A program made the translations under genes and the position numbers. Below, piece by piece: positions 12,561-26,243 of a stretch of DNA of 64,000 nucleotides. Location: assembly GCA_951406725.2 (NCBI GenBank), contig OX597823.1:102548001-102612000 (forward strand), given 5' to 3'. The DNA comes from Octopus vulgaris. Taxonomy: Eukaryota. Every line of letters starts with the position of its first letter. The stretch's first letter is position 1. The notes below the pieces were generated by a model. That model was not told the DNA's origin and searched no databases. It saw only the letters and a program-made list of their open reading frames with translations.

Positions 12561-14203
12561 TTAATGGGATATTAAAGGCAGAATATAAAGAGTCACAGTG
12601 AACTACAAAACATTTTGTTTAGTGCTCTAGTGGATTGGTTCGTGCCAATCCACCACCTTAGCAATATTACTAATAACAATAATAAAACTCCCATTTGAAA
12701 ATATAGTTGCCACTGCTAGTATAAGCATGAACCTGGATGGGAAACTTCTGTTAGATAATAATATACTGTCAGCTGACTAGAAGTTAGGTATTGCTAAGAT
12801 AGAACCCCCTCCCAAGGAAGACATGCCACCTCACTAGAAATAACTAGTGAGGTCAAATCTGAAATGTTGGGCCTTGGAAATGAGCTAATATATGAGTGAG
12901 ACACAGTCTTTTTTTTTTTTTTAACAGTCATATTTCAATGCTATCTTGAGTAAGTAAAGTATGCAGGTACTGTCTAGAGTCCTAGGACACATAGGACTGG
13001 CATATAAAGGATAAGATCACAACATTCTTCCAAGACAGGACACTAGTCCATCACAAGCTTTTACTCATTTACAGCTGGAGCAATGTGAAATAAAGTGTTT
13101 TGCTCAAGAGCACAATGCACTGCCTGGTCTTGCGACCAACATCATAGCCACTATGCCATGTACCTTCACCATCTTGGTTAAGGCAAGGGTTTAATTGGAG
13201 AAGGATCCTTAAGGTTCTTCCTGTTGCCAAGTCATGCTTTCTCTTCTAGCAAGGGATATGTTTTTCCAGAAGCTTTTGAAAGTGCAGAGTGACTGGTCAT
13301 AATATTGACCAAGAATGTATATGTTCCTACAACTTCATTCAAATGGTGTCAAGTATAGAATATCCACATGTGTACCTATTTGCGCAATCACACATACATA
13401 CACACAGTTTCAGGATGAGTTTTACATCTGGATGCCTTTCCTATCATCAACTGCTTTAAATAGTCTTACAAGCTGCAGGGTGCTTTTTTTTTTGTGGCAC
13501 CAGCACTGCAGAGGTTGTCTAATACTCAGCAAGACTAAATAATCCTGTCACCCTTACTTTCTCACTACTTGATTTTCCAACCTCTTGTATGTATAAAACA
13601 CATACACATATATATATGATTGTGCCTATTTACAAATCCCTATCTTTAACTGATGCTCCCTAATTCCTTCCATTTGGGTAAGTAAAACAGCTTCTCTAAC
13701 TAAAGTTTCACTCTAATTTGATCTGTGTCAATTAATGCACGTATCTTGTGAAATAATATGCAGTCCAATAAAGTGTAGTGAAGGCAGCCCATCTTGGAAT
13801 AAATTCAATGAAATAAAAGTAATATTTCATTGTGGACAGCATTACTAGTTTAGGCTGGGGTACAGCTCTTTGTTCCAAAATAGAGTGCTCTGAGTTTGGA
13901 AAGACACGATGAACATCTTCATCTATTTTGACTGTGGTTACTAACAGAAGGATACTCTAAAAAGCCATCAGCTGCATAAAAAATAAATTTACATAGGATA
14001 ATAGGATTGTGAATACATGGAAAGGCCTTGTATTTCATCCCTGTGTAACACATACTAACAAGGAGAAACTAATGCAAAACTGAGGATGCTTATGGAGTTA
14101 GGATGATCATCTTACACTTGTATAAGTAATTATACAAGTGTATACAACTGTCAATCCAAAAAGTAAGTAAAATCTTCCAAATTAAGTAAAATACCTAAAG
14201 AAT

Positions 14204-14254
<51 letters not shown>

Positions 14255-14420
14255 TAGTTATCGCCATACTAATATGGTAGTCTATAAATATAAGACTAAA
14301 GCTGTCACTGATTAGCTCCAAGAGGCCATCGCCTCTAGCTAGCTATTCGACACACGAACCTGCGTCCATTACAAACCTTCGAACAGGGAGGTCAGCCGCT
14401 TCACCTTGCTAGTCAGACAT

Positions 14421-14461
14421 CTGCAGACATGTTTCAGGGTTGTTGCCCTTTATCAATGCAG
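14421..14461 (-). ncRNA. Minimal type I hammerhead ribozyme, U3:A8 core variant
   Basis: CTGCA-TTGATAA-AGGG(CAACAA)CCCT-GAAA-CATG-TC-TGCAG: 5-bp stem I, 4-bp stem II, palindromic ACATGT stem III, GUC cleavage triplet. Confidence 0.75.
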
Positions 14462-14800
14462 CGTAGTCAGACCCGCAGGTGTCGCTACTGACCGTCTGTT
14501 CGAAGATTTTATTTACCTAGTTACAGTGTTCAAAGGTTTGTAATGGACGCAGGTTATTGTGTCAAATAGCTAGCTAGAGGCGATGGCCTCTTGGAGCTAA
14601 TCAGCGACAGCTTTAGTCTTATATTTATAGACTACCATATTAGTATGGCGATAACTATTAATATCCAGTAACGCTGCCGTAAGAGACTTAGTAATTTTAA
14701 TATTTCTATTATTGAAAACAAGTGGATGTATTCCACTGTAACTAGGTAAATAAAATCTTTGAATAGACGGTCAGTAGCGACACCTGCGGGTCTGACTACG

Positions 14801-14841
14801 CTGCATTGATAAAGAGCAACAACCCTGAAACATGTCTGCAG
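14801..14841 (+). ncRNA. Minimal type I hammerhead ribozyme, U3:A8 core variant (second copy)
   Basis: CTGCA-TTGATAA-AGAG(CAACAA)CCCT-GAAA-CATG-TC-TGCAG; one stem II mismatch; predicted cleavage after C14836. Confidence 0.7.
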
Positions 14842-15068
14842 ATGTCTGACTAGCAAGGTGAAGCGGCTGACCTCCCCTGTTCGAAGGTTTGTAATGGACA
14901 CAGGTTCATGTGTCAAATAGCTAGCTAGAGGCGATGGCCTCTTGGAGCTAATCAGCGACAGCTTTAATCTTGTATTTATAGACTACCATATTAGTATGGC
15001 GATAACTATTAATATCCAGTAACGCTGCCGTAATCTCCTTTAGAGAGACTTAGTAATTTTAATACTTC

Positions 15069-15107
<39 letters not shown>

Positions 15108-15345
15108 GAGGGAATATTATTCCTAACTTACAGGGAAAAATTCAATTTAGAAATACGAAATCAAATTTCACAAAATATAATATATGTATAAAAATTAGAA
15201 AAAACCACCTTTTATCAATTCAAAATGAACAAAGAAATTACACCATCTAGAATATTACATATAATAGAAATATTAAATATAAAATAACAATAATATATCA
15301 ATGATTAAGCAAATTGCAAAATAATAAATAAAACGTATATATTTA

Positions 15346-15395
<50 letters not shown>

Positions 15396-17277
15396 GCTGG
15401 ACGTCCTGCAGTTTCTGTGTTCCAAATTACTCAAGGCATTTGATTGGTCCAATGCTTAATCTAGATGCTAAGCACTAAGACCTATCCCAAAATTATGTTG
15501 ATGTAGAGTGAACTTCTGTGCCACATATCTATGTCTATGTGTGAAAAATAGAAAAAGAAAATTTTCAAGGGGGAAAAACTCCCACATCATTTTTGTAGCT
15601 TACTGGTGAACCAGAACAACTTGTTTTACATCCAAATGCTTTTGGAAATAAATAGAATAAATTCTCATATATTATTATACATGCCTCCTTTACTCAGAAG
15701 TCAATGACAACAAGATTTCCAGGCTAAGTATTTTCACTTACTAGCTACACATAACTGCTGCTATGAGGTATTAAATAGCTTAATCTATAAATCTTCTTAA
15801 TTAAGTTATTAACACCTATAATTACTTGCTTGATTTCTTATTCTTGTTTTTTTGTTTTATATTTCTTGAAATGTCTAAAAAGAAAACTATTAATTGAAAT
15901 ATTTAGAAATAATAATGCAATTTAAGAATAGAATAAGTATTTATATGGAGAGCTTACTGCTAAAATTGCTATTCTATTGGCTAATTCCTTGCTGATTATC
16001 ACAGATGTAGTAAGTACCAAACAGTGAATTACAGGTAGTTGAGTGCATTGACTTAGCTCTGTGGCATTAAACTGTACAACACTAATGAATGATGATAATT
16101 GCCAAATGATAGTGATGTCTGTGTGTCTAGAGTCAATGAGTTCAACTTACTTCTTATAGACATTATGCTAATTGTGTTAGCCAAAGAAATGTTTGTGTGT
16201 CTTGGCGTCTGTCTTTTTATGGGCCTGAGAAAATTTTTTGTTTATTTTGTTTTTGTCATGAAAGTAATGACAGTGCCCATAAACTTCTGCAGGCCTTCTC
16301 ATACTGATCAGGTTTGAGGGATTGATGTCCAGCTTGATCTTTTGCAAGTTTATGTCTTGAATGGAAAACAGGAAGATAGAGAAAATTTCAGAGAGTTGCA
16401 GGTCTGTAAAGGAAAGAATAGAGCAAGTGCTCAGTGCAGGTTTAGTGAGCAACACCATAGAGTTGAGTATACAGCTGATTTGTTCAGTCATGCAGGAAAT
16501 ATTGTATTTGCAGAAGAAACAGGGAGCAGTATTAATGGCAAAACCAGGGTGGTGAGTGATAGTTTATTAAACATACAGTATCGTATTGTCTTCCTTGAGA
16601 TTTAGTCTACAACATATTATTCACTGCACCTTTTCATTGCCAACTCCGACACCTACGGTTGGCCTCCCAAATTGGATACTACAAAAACTGAGCAAAATTA
16701 ATGTTTGTACTCAGAAACTATTCAACAGCAACCAAATGAAAAAAAATTAAATTTTCCTTGCAAGGAAGTTGTCATGGCCCTGACCCTTTTGATCAAGGCC
16801 ATCCTTGTTCTGTGATATAAGCTTTCTACTTTAGAGTGATCTGCATTAAAACTTTCCCTCAAAATTTTGTCAATTTACGTTCTGAACACCAAAGGGGTTT
16901 TACTAAATTCTTCATTATTCTCAGAATTAACTGAAACAAGGGCCAACAGAAATATGATAGCAAAAAGGTGTTCAGTCAATATTAACATTACATGAGGCTC
17001 AGATTGTAATACTGAAGTAACATCTCCAGCAGCAGAAAAAGTGTCAACAACTGTCTGAATCAAGTTTGCAATCATGAAAAATTAATTTTAAGATAGCTAA
17101 TGAACTTGTGGAAAGTTATAAAATAAAAGCTGACATTGATCTCTCCAAAGAACATTGGAAAACTGTATTTAAGGCAACAGAATATTCCAAAAATAGTTTG
17201 ATGAGAAGGTTGCACATAGCTACTTGAAATGAAAAAACAAACCACAGAGGAAATAAACTACAGTGAGAGCCTGGCAT

Positions 17278-17700
17278 AGGTTATTTTCATAGTCAAGGAG
17301 CAATAAGTCCTCACCAAGTATCTTCTAGCAACACCACAAGTGTAGGTTATGCCAAACTAATATTGAAGACATTATGTATATGTCACTGCCAACTGTAAGA
17401 GAACATCTTTGAGACACTACCTTCTGAGGAGGTGTGATGTAGTAGCCAGAGCAATCTGGAATAGAGTGGGACATGAGTAACAACCAATAATGGTAGACAT
17501 ATTGAGACCAGTAGATCAAACAAATATTTGGTGGAATTTCCAGAATAAAAATAGCAATCAAACTGAAATGCAACCAGCTTGATATTGTTGTTAAGGACCA
17601 CAAAAAGAAAATCATACTTTGTTGTGAAGTCAGCTGATTACTTTTGGCAAGAAAAATAGAGGTGCCCAAAATAGACTTTCAGGTTTAGACACATCATTAT
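17278..17700 (+). mobile_element. Highly decayed RLE-type (R4/NeSL-like) non-LTR retrotransposon relic
   Basis: Broken frames give KCRLCQTNIEDI (zinc-knuckle start), DVVARAIWN, IWWNF and KLKCNQLDIVVKDHKKKIILCCEVS, resembling the NRPDIVV...IIDV restriction-like endonuclease motif. Confidence 0.55.
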
Positions 17701-20700
17701 TGGAATGACAAGATATGTACCAAGCCATCGGAATCAACATGTGGTTGAGTTTGGATTGTTGGTGAAGGACAAAAACTCCATAATTCATAGGCTATTGATG
17801 ATCATAATATCTAGGTTGAAATAAATCAGCAAGACTTTGCTAAGCGTTAACTGGTGCAGAAAAGATGTTAACAAAAATCTAAAGATCACCAAAGTTTTGA
17901 AGCAGAGAATAGGATTGGCGAAATAACTTGCAGATTCTTACTGTATCCATAGTTCAGTTTAAAACGATGAAGGTCAGTTGTTATGCAGAGTTGACATTCC
18001 AGAGGGTGCATTCTTGGGTAAAGTGTTCAATGTGAATTTTAGTTAATGAAATACTGTAGAAGTAGGTGACACACGGATGGATTTACATTGAGGTGATACT
18101 TTACATTCAACAAGTTTAGAAGAGTAGAAACCAATGTTGTAACTATAGAAAAGACAGACAGGATGCAAGAGACAGTGTAGTAGTTGTTGAATATTGATGT
18201 GGTAAGATTGTGTGTCAGGTATTGGGGTTGGGGCAAAGAGAGTATGCAGTTCAAAATCAGGATCATGTGTGATAGGGTGCTGTCTCAGATGTATACACAA
18301 TCGCTTGCACTTGAATACACATATAACGTGTTGCGGGTGTATGTGTCTATTCATTATGTGGAGATAGCATGGTCAAATGGTTAAGAAGTTCACTGTGAGG
18401 ATGTTTGGGGAAACACCTTTTACCAAAGCCTTATATCGTGTGAGTGAAATTGGGGAGACAGAAATTATGCAGAAGTCCTTTGCCTGGAATGTACTTTGTC
18501 ACACCCTGTATCACACTGATTCCAGTTGACGTCAAGGATATTATATATGTGGAATACTCAGCCACAATGCAAATTCAGTGAGTGTTGTCATAGATGTAAT
18601 AACTAGAAGGTAGAAAGCAGAAAGATAGTTCGAGGAGGAAATATTCATCCTTCCCCATTTCTTAGTATATTTGTATACTTTAAAAAGAGATCATGAACTG
18701 TCTGTATGTGAAACCCTTAAACAAGAGCACAGTGTTTACGTACCTTAATTATATCGTTAATTGTTTTAACTCACTATCATAGTTTTTGTGTTTATTTATC
18801 ACGGCATGATAAAATTGTTCAATTATGGAAGAGATAATCTTTTAATTTACTTTGCTCTTTATTCATTTATTTGTATATTTAATAATCTTTTACTTGAGAT
18901 AAGAACAAATTGTCATTAGGATATTTTACATTTCATATCTAAAGAAACATTGAGTATATAATTACATAGCAAATAATGTTTGCTTAACATTATCAAATCA
19001 ATATATTTCACAGTTGTATTTGTTTGTTTCAACCTGAAAATATGAAATTGTTTGACAAAACTTACGCTTTATTAGTGATTTGTTAATTTAATACCCTAGC
19101 TTTATTTATGTATTTATTTATTTATATATTTACTTATTTATTCACTTGACTACATGAATGGTTTCTTTTTACTATGAAATGTTGACCGCTGGCCAGCAAC
19201 CCAAGCAAGTTATCTTTTAAATAAAATTAAAGATCAAACTTATATTGTTTGTGATGTACTGGTGTACCACATAGCTAGCTGAACTACTGCACGTATACAA
19301 TGAGATATGTCACTGTATCACCACAAATCAATAACTGTTTCAACTTGGTGTGATTCACACACTGTTTAGTACAGGAAACTATGTATGTAGGGGATATATA
19401 GATGAAATTAGGCCAATTCTTGAGTTTGTGTAGGAAAGCACGAAAATTTACCAGAAATACATTGAAGATTAATACAAACAACAATATGCTGGATATTGTC
19501 GTATCATCTAGTAAAAAGAAAGACTCAGATTAACAACCCACCAATTAATTTTTACTAACAGTACTTCTGTCTATGTGTATGTGGAGAGAGAGTGAGAGAG
19601 CAATTATCGGTGGTGTAACAATTATCTTTTACTAGTATATTTAAGCCATCAAAAGTGATGGTATTTTAAAAGACATCAGTTAAAAATGATATATAATAAA
19701 TGCATTCATTATATTTTATATAGTATAATTTTATTATTTATGAATTCCTATTGAGGTAAAACAATAAAAACTTTTATATTTAAATGTTGATATATTTTTT
19801 CATACATATAATGAAAGTTTTTGTTTTTTTTTTATATTCATGACTTATACCAAGGAATGCAAAAAATGTTTGCTGTGTCTACTGCCCACCATTTATTTAC
19901 TTTGATGCTTGTGTGAATAGTATCACCTACAAAATCCCTTGAAAATTTACAAAGAAGGCCTCCTAAAAGAGTCAAACAGAGAGAGCCAATATAGTCCTTT
20001 ATGTTAATTCTACCACTGAAACATGTAATAAAAAGATTATGTAAATATTGATAGTGAGGCAGAAAAGAAATATATATATAATCTAGAAGGTACACTTGCA
20101 CCTTTCTTTCTGTTGTATTTTTGCCAATAATGCTGACAAAGTGAGCTACCTGCTTTTATCAAGCAATTAGGCCTTTCAACTCATATAATTACTGGCAGCT
20201 GGCTTTCTGAAGCACATATACATTATATAAAGCATTAATACAAATTATATTTTCTGCGTTCTTTATATAACTTTCTGCATGGGACAAACAAATAAATTAA
20301 AAAGTTGGAAAACTATTAGGGCATGAGATATTTCCATTTACTTCTGGTGTTTCAGTATTTATTATGTGTATGTATGCAAGTATATATGTGCGTGTCTGAA
20401 TATGTGTTGGTGTGTGAGATTCTCTACTTTCACAATCTCTTTCTTTTCCCTCCCATCATTTGCCTCTCTTTCTTTCTCCCTCCCCCTTTTTTTTTCATGC
20501 CTTCTCCTGTCAATCTTCACTCCACCTTACCTAGCACACTTACACCTTTCACTCAGCTCATCCTCTTTGAAGATGACTCTTTTTTTCTGTCTCCTTTTTC
20601 CTACTGCTATGCTTTAGTAAGGGAGAAAAGATATATATATATACATATATGAATAAAAAATGGAGTTAACGCAGGTGTAAACAAATATTTTTACTTTCAA

Positions 20701-20830
20701 CACATGTTTCGAAAATTCCACTGATACTATTCAAAAGAATAAATGGTATAAACAATGCAATCTTCTCTTCGGGTAAGTGAAAAAAACGAAACTCATCAAT
20801 ACGACATTTTAGCAAAAAAGTAATTACGCT

Positions 20831-21544
20831 ATGAATACTAGTAAAAATATTTGGTTAATAATTCCTTACGGGAGACAAATTAAATCTAATCTCCCACTGC
20901 TGTTTCGTCAAGCTATTGCTAGGAATTTTCCAAACAATTCTAGATATTATTCTATAATTAATTCACATAAGGTTAGGATAGGTTTTTCAAACACAAAAAA
21001 TCTCTTGCAAATTATATCTTCTCATAATAGCAAACTGTTAAATATTAATACATTTACTAATACTAACATTAATTTAGCTAATACCATCCAACCCTCTAGA
21101 AATATTAATAACAAGGTTATTGTATCTGAAGGCAATTCCAGTAGAATTAAATTTATGTCAAGTAACTCTAAGATTAAAAATTCTATATACCAGTGTATAA
21201 TCACTACTCGTAATAAAGTACGATTTTACATTGGAAGCACATCGTTAGAGTTATCTAAAAGAATTTCTATCCTTCACTCAACATTTAGGGATAGAAATAA
21301 ACGGAATAGTACCGGTCTCAGCAAACTGATTTGGGATTTAAAAGACCACAATGAACAATTTCATTTAGAATGGTTGATCCTCTCAATTTCGATACCATAT
21401 GACAAAGGCAAGAAATTCTGTCTTCTCTGCAATTCTGAGCTATTTTTCATTATTTTTTCTAAAAATACTCTAGTAAACACGGTTATAGAGCGAGCATACA
21501 GATGTAAGCATTGGCAAAAACATACAATTAGTGCATATAAGTAG
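20831..21544 (+). CDS. PLE linker plus GIY-YIG endonuclease fragment (no RT)
   Basis: SIYQC...FYIGST...KRI...H...STGLSKLIWDLK...CLLCNSE...N...RCKH; stop-free for 237 codons. Confidence 0.8.
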   Translation: MNTSKNIWLIIPYGRQIKSNLPLLFRQAIARNFPNNSRYYSIINSHKVRIGFSNTKNLLQIISSHNSKLLNINTFTNTNINLANTIQPSRNINNKVIVSEGNSSRIKFMSSNSKIKNSIYQCIITTRNKVRFYIGSTSLELSKRISILHSTFRDRNKRNSTGLSKLIWDLKDHNEQFHLEWLILSISIPYDKGKKFCLLCNSELFFIIFSKNTLVNTVIERAYRCKHWQKHTISAYK

Positions 21545-21745
21545 TCTCTATCATTATATATAATTTAAACTTTAATTTCCTTTATATTTAACATTCACTA
21601 TTAATATCCCTACTCTTTCTGTTAGCTACTTATGACGTTATATCATATAACGTTTTTTTAAACAATATTAATAGCGTTCTGTCTATCGCTATACAAATCC
21701 ACCATTTTTTGCTAAAATGTCGTATTGACGAGTTTCGTTTTTTTC

Positions 21746-21831
21746 ACTTTCCCGAAGAGAAGATTGCATTGTTTATACCATTTATTCTTTTGAATAGTAT
21801 CAGTGGAATTTTCGAAACATGTGTCGAAAGT
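21746..21831 (+). ncRNA. Type I hammerhead ribozyme-like motif in pLTR (U4C core, long stem II); inverted copy at 20693-20778
   Basis: ACTTTC-CCGAAGA-[GAAGATTGCATTG...TATTC TTTT GAATA...CAGTGGAATTTTC]-GAAA-CATGTG-TC-GAAAGT, with a 6-bp perfect stem I. Confidence 0.7.
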
Positions 21832-22026
21832 AAAAATATTTGTTTACACCTGCGTTAACTCCATTTTTTATTCATATTATTCAAATATTCAACGTAAATA
21901 CGAAGTTTCTACCTTTATAAACAAGGAGTTACAACTACTTTACTTGTGAGATTTTTGCTGCCCTGGTAACTATTTATTTATTTTTACGTGTTAATTGTTA
22001 ACAAGGTAAAAATACACTCATCTATT

Positions 22027-22086
<60 letters not shown>

Positions 22087-22591
22087 TGCCAGCCTCGTCT
22101 GGCACCTGTGTCGGTGGCACATAAAATCACCCACTACACTCTCGGAGTGGTTGGCGTTAGGAAGGGCATCCAGCTGTAGAAACACTGCCAGATCTGACTG
22201 GCCTGGTGCAGCCTTCGGGCTTGCCAGACCCCAGTTGAACCGTCCAACCCATGCTAGCATGGAAAGCGGACATTAAACAATGATGATGATGATATATATA
22301 TGTATATATATATATATATATACCACCAAGTAAGTTAGGGGTTGTGGATCCAGCCCACTAAGGGATAATATTTATCCAATATACTGTTGGTATAATACCC
22401 AATTATTAATACATAAGTGTTTTTAATTGCAATGCAATAAACTCACTTATTGTATTTAATGGGTGAAGGTAAAGAAATATTTTATCATTAATTTATATTA
22501 CAAATAAGAAAATGGAGAAACACATTAGTTGGTTTAGGATATTAAAATGTTGACTTGAACCAATTAATATGCTTCTCCATTTTCTTATTTG

Positions 22592-22646
<55 letters not shown>

Positions 22647-22664
22647 TACACATACACACACACA

Positions 22665-22878
22665 CAAGGGGGTACTGAAGAGTTCCTGGCTTTAAGTGTA
22701 TCATGAAAGGCTTGGTTGGAGGGCCAACCTTCCAAGTTCTTTTACAAGGCTTAGAAAAACTGAAGGACTGCTGCAATATGTGTGTGAATTTGAGAAGGGA
22801 ACATATTTAATAAAATCATTAATTGATCCTTTTGTATTTTCTTTTACCCAAAGCTGGGAACTTTTCAGCACCCCTTTG
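22665..22878 (+). mobile_element. Mariner-derived MITE (~210 bp)
   Basis: Imperfect TIRs CAAGGGGGTACTGAAGAGTTCCTGGCTTT and AAAGCTGGGAACTTTTCAGCACCCCTTTG; internal LEKLKDCCNMCVNLRREHI* resembles a mariner transposase C-terminus. Confidence 0.6.
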
Positions 22879-23537
22879 TGCGCGCACACACACACACGTA
22901 AATACACAATGAAGTTTATTATAGTAGTTTAGTTACAGTTTCAAATAAAATAATAGTTCCATTCATTATCTCTATGATTGGGGACTTTTTTTATGGACTC
23001 CAAAATATATTTTGAAAATTTAGTTTCTTTCTTTTCTGTTTTTTTTTTCTTAAGCATTTCTTCTAATCATATTTACTAGCTATGTGAATTCAAGTTCCTT
23101 GCTTGAAAATTACTTTCTCAATGTTACAAATTTACTTTAAAATAGTTGTTTGGTGCTTTTTGAAACTGATCGATTCAGCCTATAATGAAAGATGTTCCAA
23201 TTGTGACCAACCAGTGTCAGTAACTACATTGTCCAGTATGCTTTGTATTTGTCCCCTGTTTTATCTACTCCGCATTTCGTTAAAACAGTCCTTCCTGCAA
23301 AGCAAATTAAATAAAAATTTGGGATTTTTTCTGGAGGGTGAAAGTGGTAACAAAAACAGGACAGTGAGAACAAAACAGTAAAAACAAAAGGAAGATTTGG
23401 CAACTATTTCCAACAAGTTGAATGACCATGTAGAAACACCTTTGTTGACCACCAAGAAAAACCCAACATAAAATGATATCTCATAATGGAGAAAATACTG
23501 TGAAATAGCAATGTATCAAACTAAGTCTGTCAGAAAA

Positions 23538-23540
<3 letters not shown>

Positions 23541-23627
<87 letters not shown>
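23541..23627. repeat. (CT)n microsatellite
   Basis: About 43 CT units; shorter (CT)n at 1-22 and 128-158. Confidence 0.95.
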
Positions 23628-23630
<3 letters not shown>

Positions 23631-26089
23631 TGCTTGCTTGCTTTCTTTCTCTCTCTAATTCCCTACTCCCTATATGTATAATATGGTGTGTGTTTATGTA
23701 TTACACTATTTCATTCCTTCAGAGATGTGGTTTGTGTAAGAGACAATGTCAGTACTTCTCTGAAGTGGTTGGCAGAAGAGGAAGGGCTGGCAGTGTTTCA
23801 CTTACGTATATAGACATACTTACGAAAGCTCCATTAGAACAAGGATTGTTGTTGTTGTTTATATTTGTTGTTCTTATTCCTTCCTTTGTGATGATTCCCT
23901 TTCTACATAAGTTTTATATGTTATCCAATAACTAAAATTGCTTTGCCTTCATGCAGTCATATGTAATAAATATAATGTCACTGTAGGAATCTAGAAAGCT
24001 TACATGTGAATATATTCAGATAAAGCAGCACCACCACTGTGAGAATTTTAAAAGCAAGGGTACTTATTATTGATATCAGTATCATCTCCAAAGGAGCAAA
24101 GCGGGCAGTCTGTCTTAGCTGTTGAAAGCCATAAATGGCTGATTTGTTAGGATGAAGGCCACTAGTTAAGGTTTCAGTTTGTATTCTAGTGTCAATGCTC
24201 TACTATCTGCAGCAAAGATATTTAACACTTTCTGTGCAATAAAGGTTATTGAATCAGCTTGACCAGACAGACCTGACAGCTACAACCATCCCATTTTTTC
24301 CCAGGCAATTGTTAGTGTAGGACTACATTATCCAATGTACCTTCCCTTTTTCTTGATGATAGGGTTTAATTTGAAGGAAATTTAGCTGTTACTTCCAGTA
24401 AGTTGAATGACTATGTATAGGGTCGCTTTTTTTGGTTCATCTATCCATCTATATGTGTATACTATGGAAAGGTACAAATCGCTGAGGTGTTGTATAACTA
24501 AAGTTTCTCTGGTTTGAAATGCTAAACACAGATCCATCCACTAGCGCAAAGTTCTTCACCTTTTTATAATTCTATGTCTCCTTCACAGATTGCTGCAATC
24601 AACATCCCTACAACTAGTCCTATTAGACTTCAAAATACATCAGTTGTTTGTTTTTACTTTCATCACCGTTGTTTTAATGTTCACTTCTTCATTCTTGCAT
24701 GATATGGATGGAGTTTATTGGGGCAGATACTCTATCACCAGATGCCTTTCTTGTTACCAACCTCTACTTGTTTCCAAGTAAAGTAATCGTACCCTTTGGA
24801 CAGGCATGTTTCTTCAGAATATTGGGAGCTACACTCTGTTGGCGTTAGGAAGGGCATCCAGCTGTAGAAACTCTGCCAGATCAAGATTGGAGCCTAGTGC
24901 AGCCATCTGGTTCGCCAGCCCTCAGTCCAAATCATCCAACCCGTGCTAGCATAGAAGGCAGACGTTAAACGATGATGATGATGATGAATGACACTGCATG
25001 TATGACAGTGACACATATTTACAACTTTTGTGTTATGTCAAGACAAGGAGATACAAAATATACACACTCACTCACACATATATACTTATGAAGGGCTCTT
25101 TCAGTTTCCATCTGCCAAATCCACACGCAAGGCTTTGGTTAGCTTGGGGCTATAGTGGAAGACACTTGCCCAAGGTGCCATGTACTGGGATTAAACCCCC
25201 AAATCATTTGGTTAGGAAATAAACTTCTTAACCACACTGCCAAGCCTGTACACATACACTTCATATATGGGAATCCAGGTACAGAAATCATAAGGAATTT
25301 GTCATGTATATTTAGAGAAAATGATAGTAGATTTAGACTGTCATACTCCCAAACTTTGAATCCCATACCTCCAAGGAAAATGGGGACCAGATTCAGAATC
25401 ACTGGATTACTACAACTAATTAGAGGAAGGGAGATGTCTCTCAACCATTAAATTCTATGAACTATGCTCTAAAAACTTAATATTTGTTGCCTCATACACC
25501 AGAAAGAAAAAAATCTAAGAGATGATTTCTTTCAAGTTTTTTGTCCTTACTCATTGCCTTAGACTTACCTTTTTCTCCATCAGTACCATCACCTTAATTG
25601 ATTGAGTTATAATTAAGTGAATGAACATCTGAAGCATTTAAGTCAGTGGTTAAATCTTGGTTGCTTTGGGTGCCAAATCTTGAGTGCTATGGTAGACATC
25701 CTGTCTGCTCACTAAATATGGAATGATGAGAGCTGTGGTATATTGTGATTAGTGAAAGACAGCATGCCTGACATTAATTAGAAAATAAACTTGAACATTG
25801 TTTTACAAATGATGTATTTTTAAATGACAGTTTCCTGTGTTCATAAATAGTGTAGAAAATGTTAAATAGATAGAAACAGTGCATAAATGTATATAAATTC
25901 ACCATGGTTTGACTAGCTGCTTCCATGCCAAAATCTATTCAATGGAAGTTGCTCAACAATAGAAACTTTATGATGTTTCATTGTATTATACATATTGAGT
26001 ACTTTAAGCTAGAAATATATACTGTAGCTATTTATTTGAATTCTTTTCCAGTTTTTTGTAATATTGTTTCTTTTTTATATTTTTTTCAG

Positions 26090-26175
26090 ATGTTAATGGA
26101 AATGGGAAACAGTCGTGCAAGAGCTGTTTATGAAGCTAACATTCCCGATAATTTCCGAAGACCGCAGACAGATTC
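26090..26175 (+). CDS. SMAP1: SMAP1/2-like ArfGAP, next coding exon
   Basis: MLMEMGNSRARAVYEANIPDNFRRPQTD(S). Polypyrimidine tract plus CAG acceptor; phase 0 start matches the previous exon; 86 nt; followed by GTATCCTTTT. Confidence 0.95.
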
Positions 26176-26243
26176 GTATCCTTTTTTTTTTTTGTGAAAA
26201 ACACTCAGACTGAAAGCGTATTTCTCAATTTTAATTTCAATTA

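Larger units (their letters stand above)
14204..15073. mobile_element. Retrozyme or non-autonomous PLE: inverted copy plus ~1.5 tandem copies of a ~350-bp unit
   Basis: 14204-14528 is the reverse complement of the unit. 14529-15073 is a direct partial tandem (TTCRAAGGTTTGTAATGGAC at ~14529 and ~14880). Flanked by (TA)n; no protein-like ORF. Confidence 0.8.
20647..22025 (+). mobile_element. 5'-truncated Penelope-like element with inverted pLTR segment
   Basis: ~173-bp inverted repeats at 20647-20819 and 21705-21877 bracket a GIY-YIG ORF; flanked by (TA)n. Confidence 0.85.

Noticed and set aside
16342-16605. Short purine-rich ORFs as an extra exon or gene
   Set aside because: No recognisable domain, and the flanking SMAP exons already join in frame without it.
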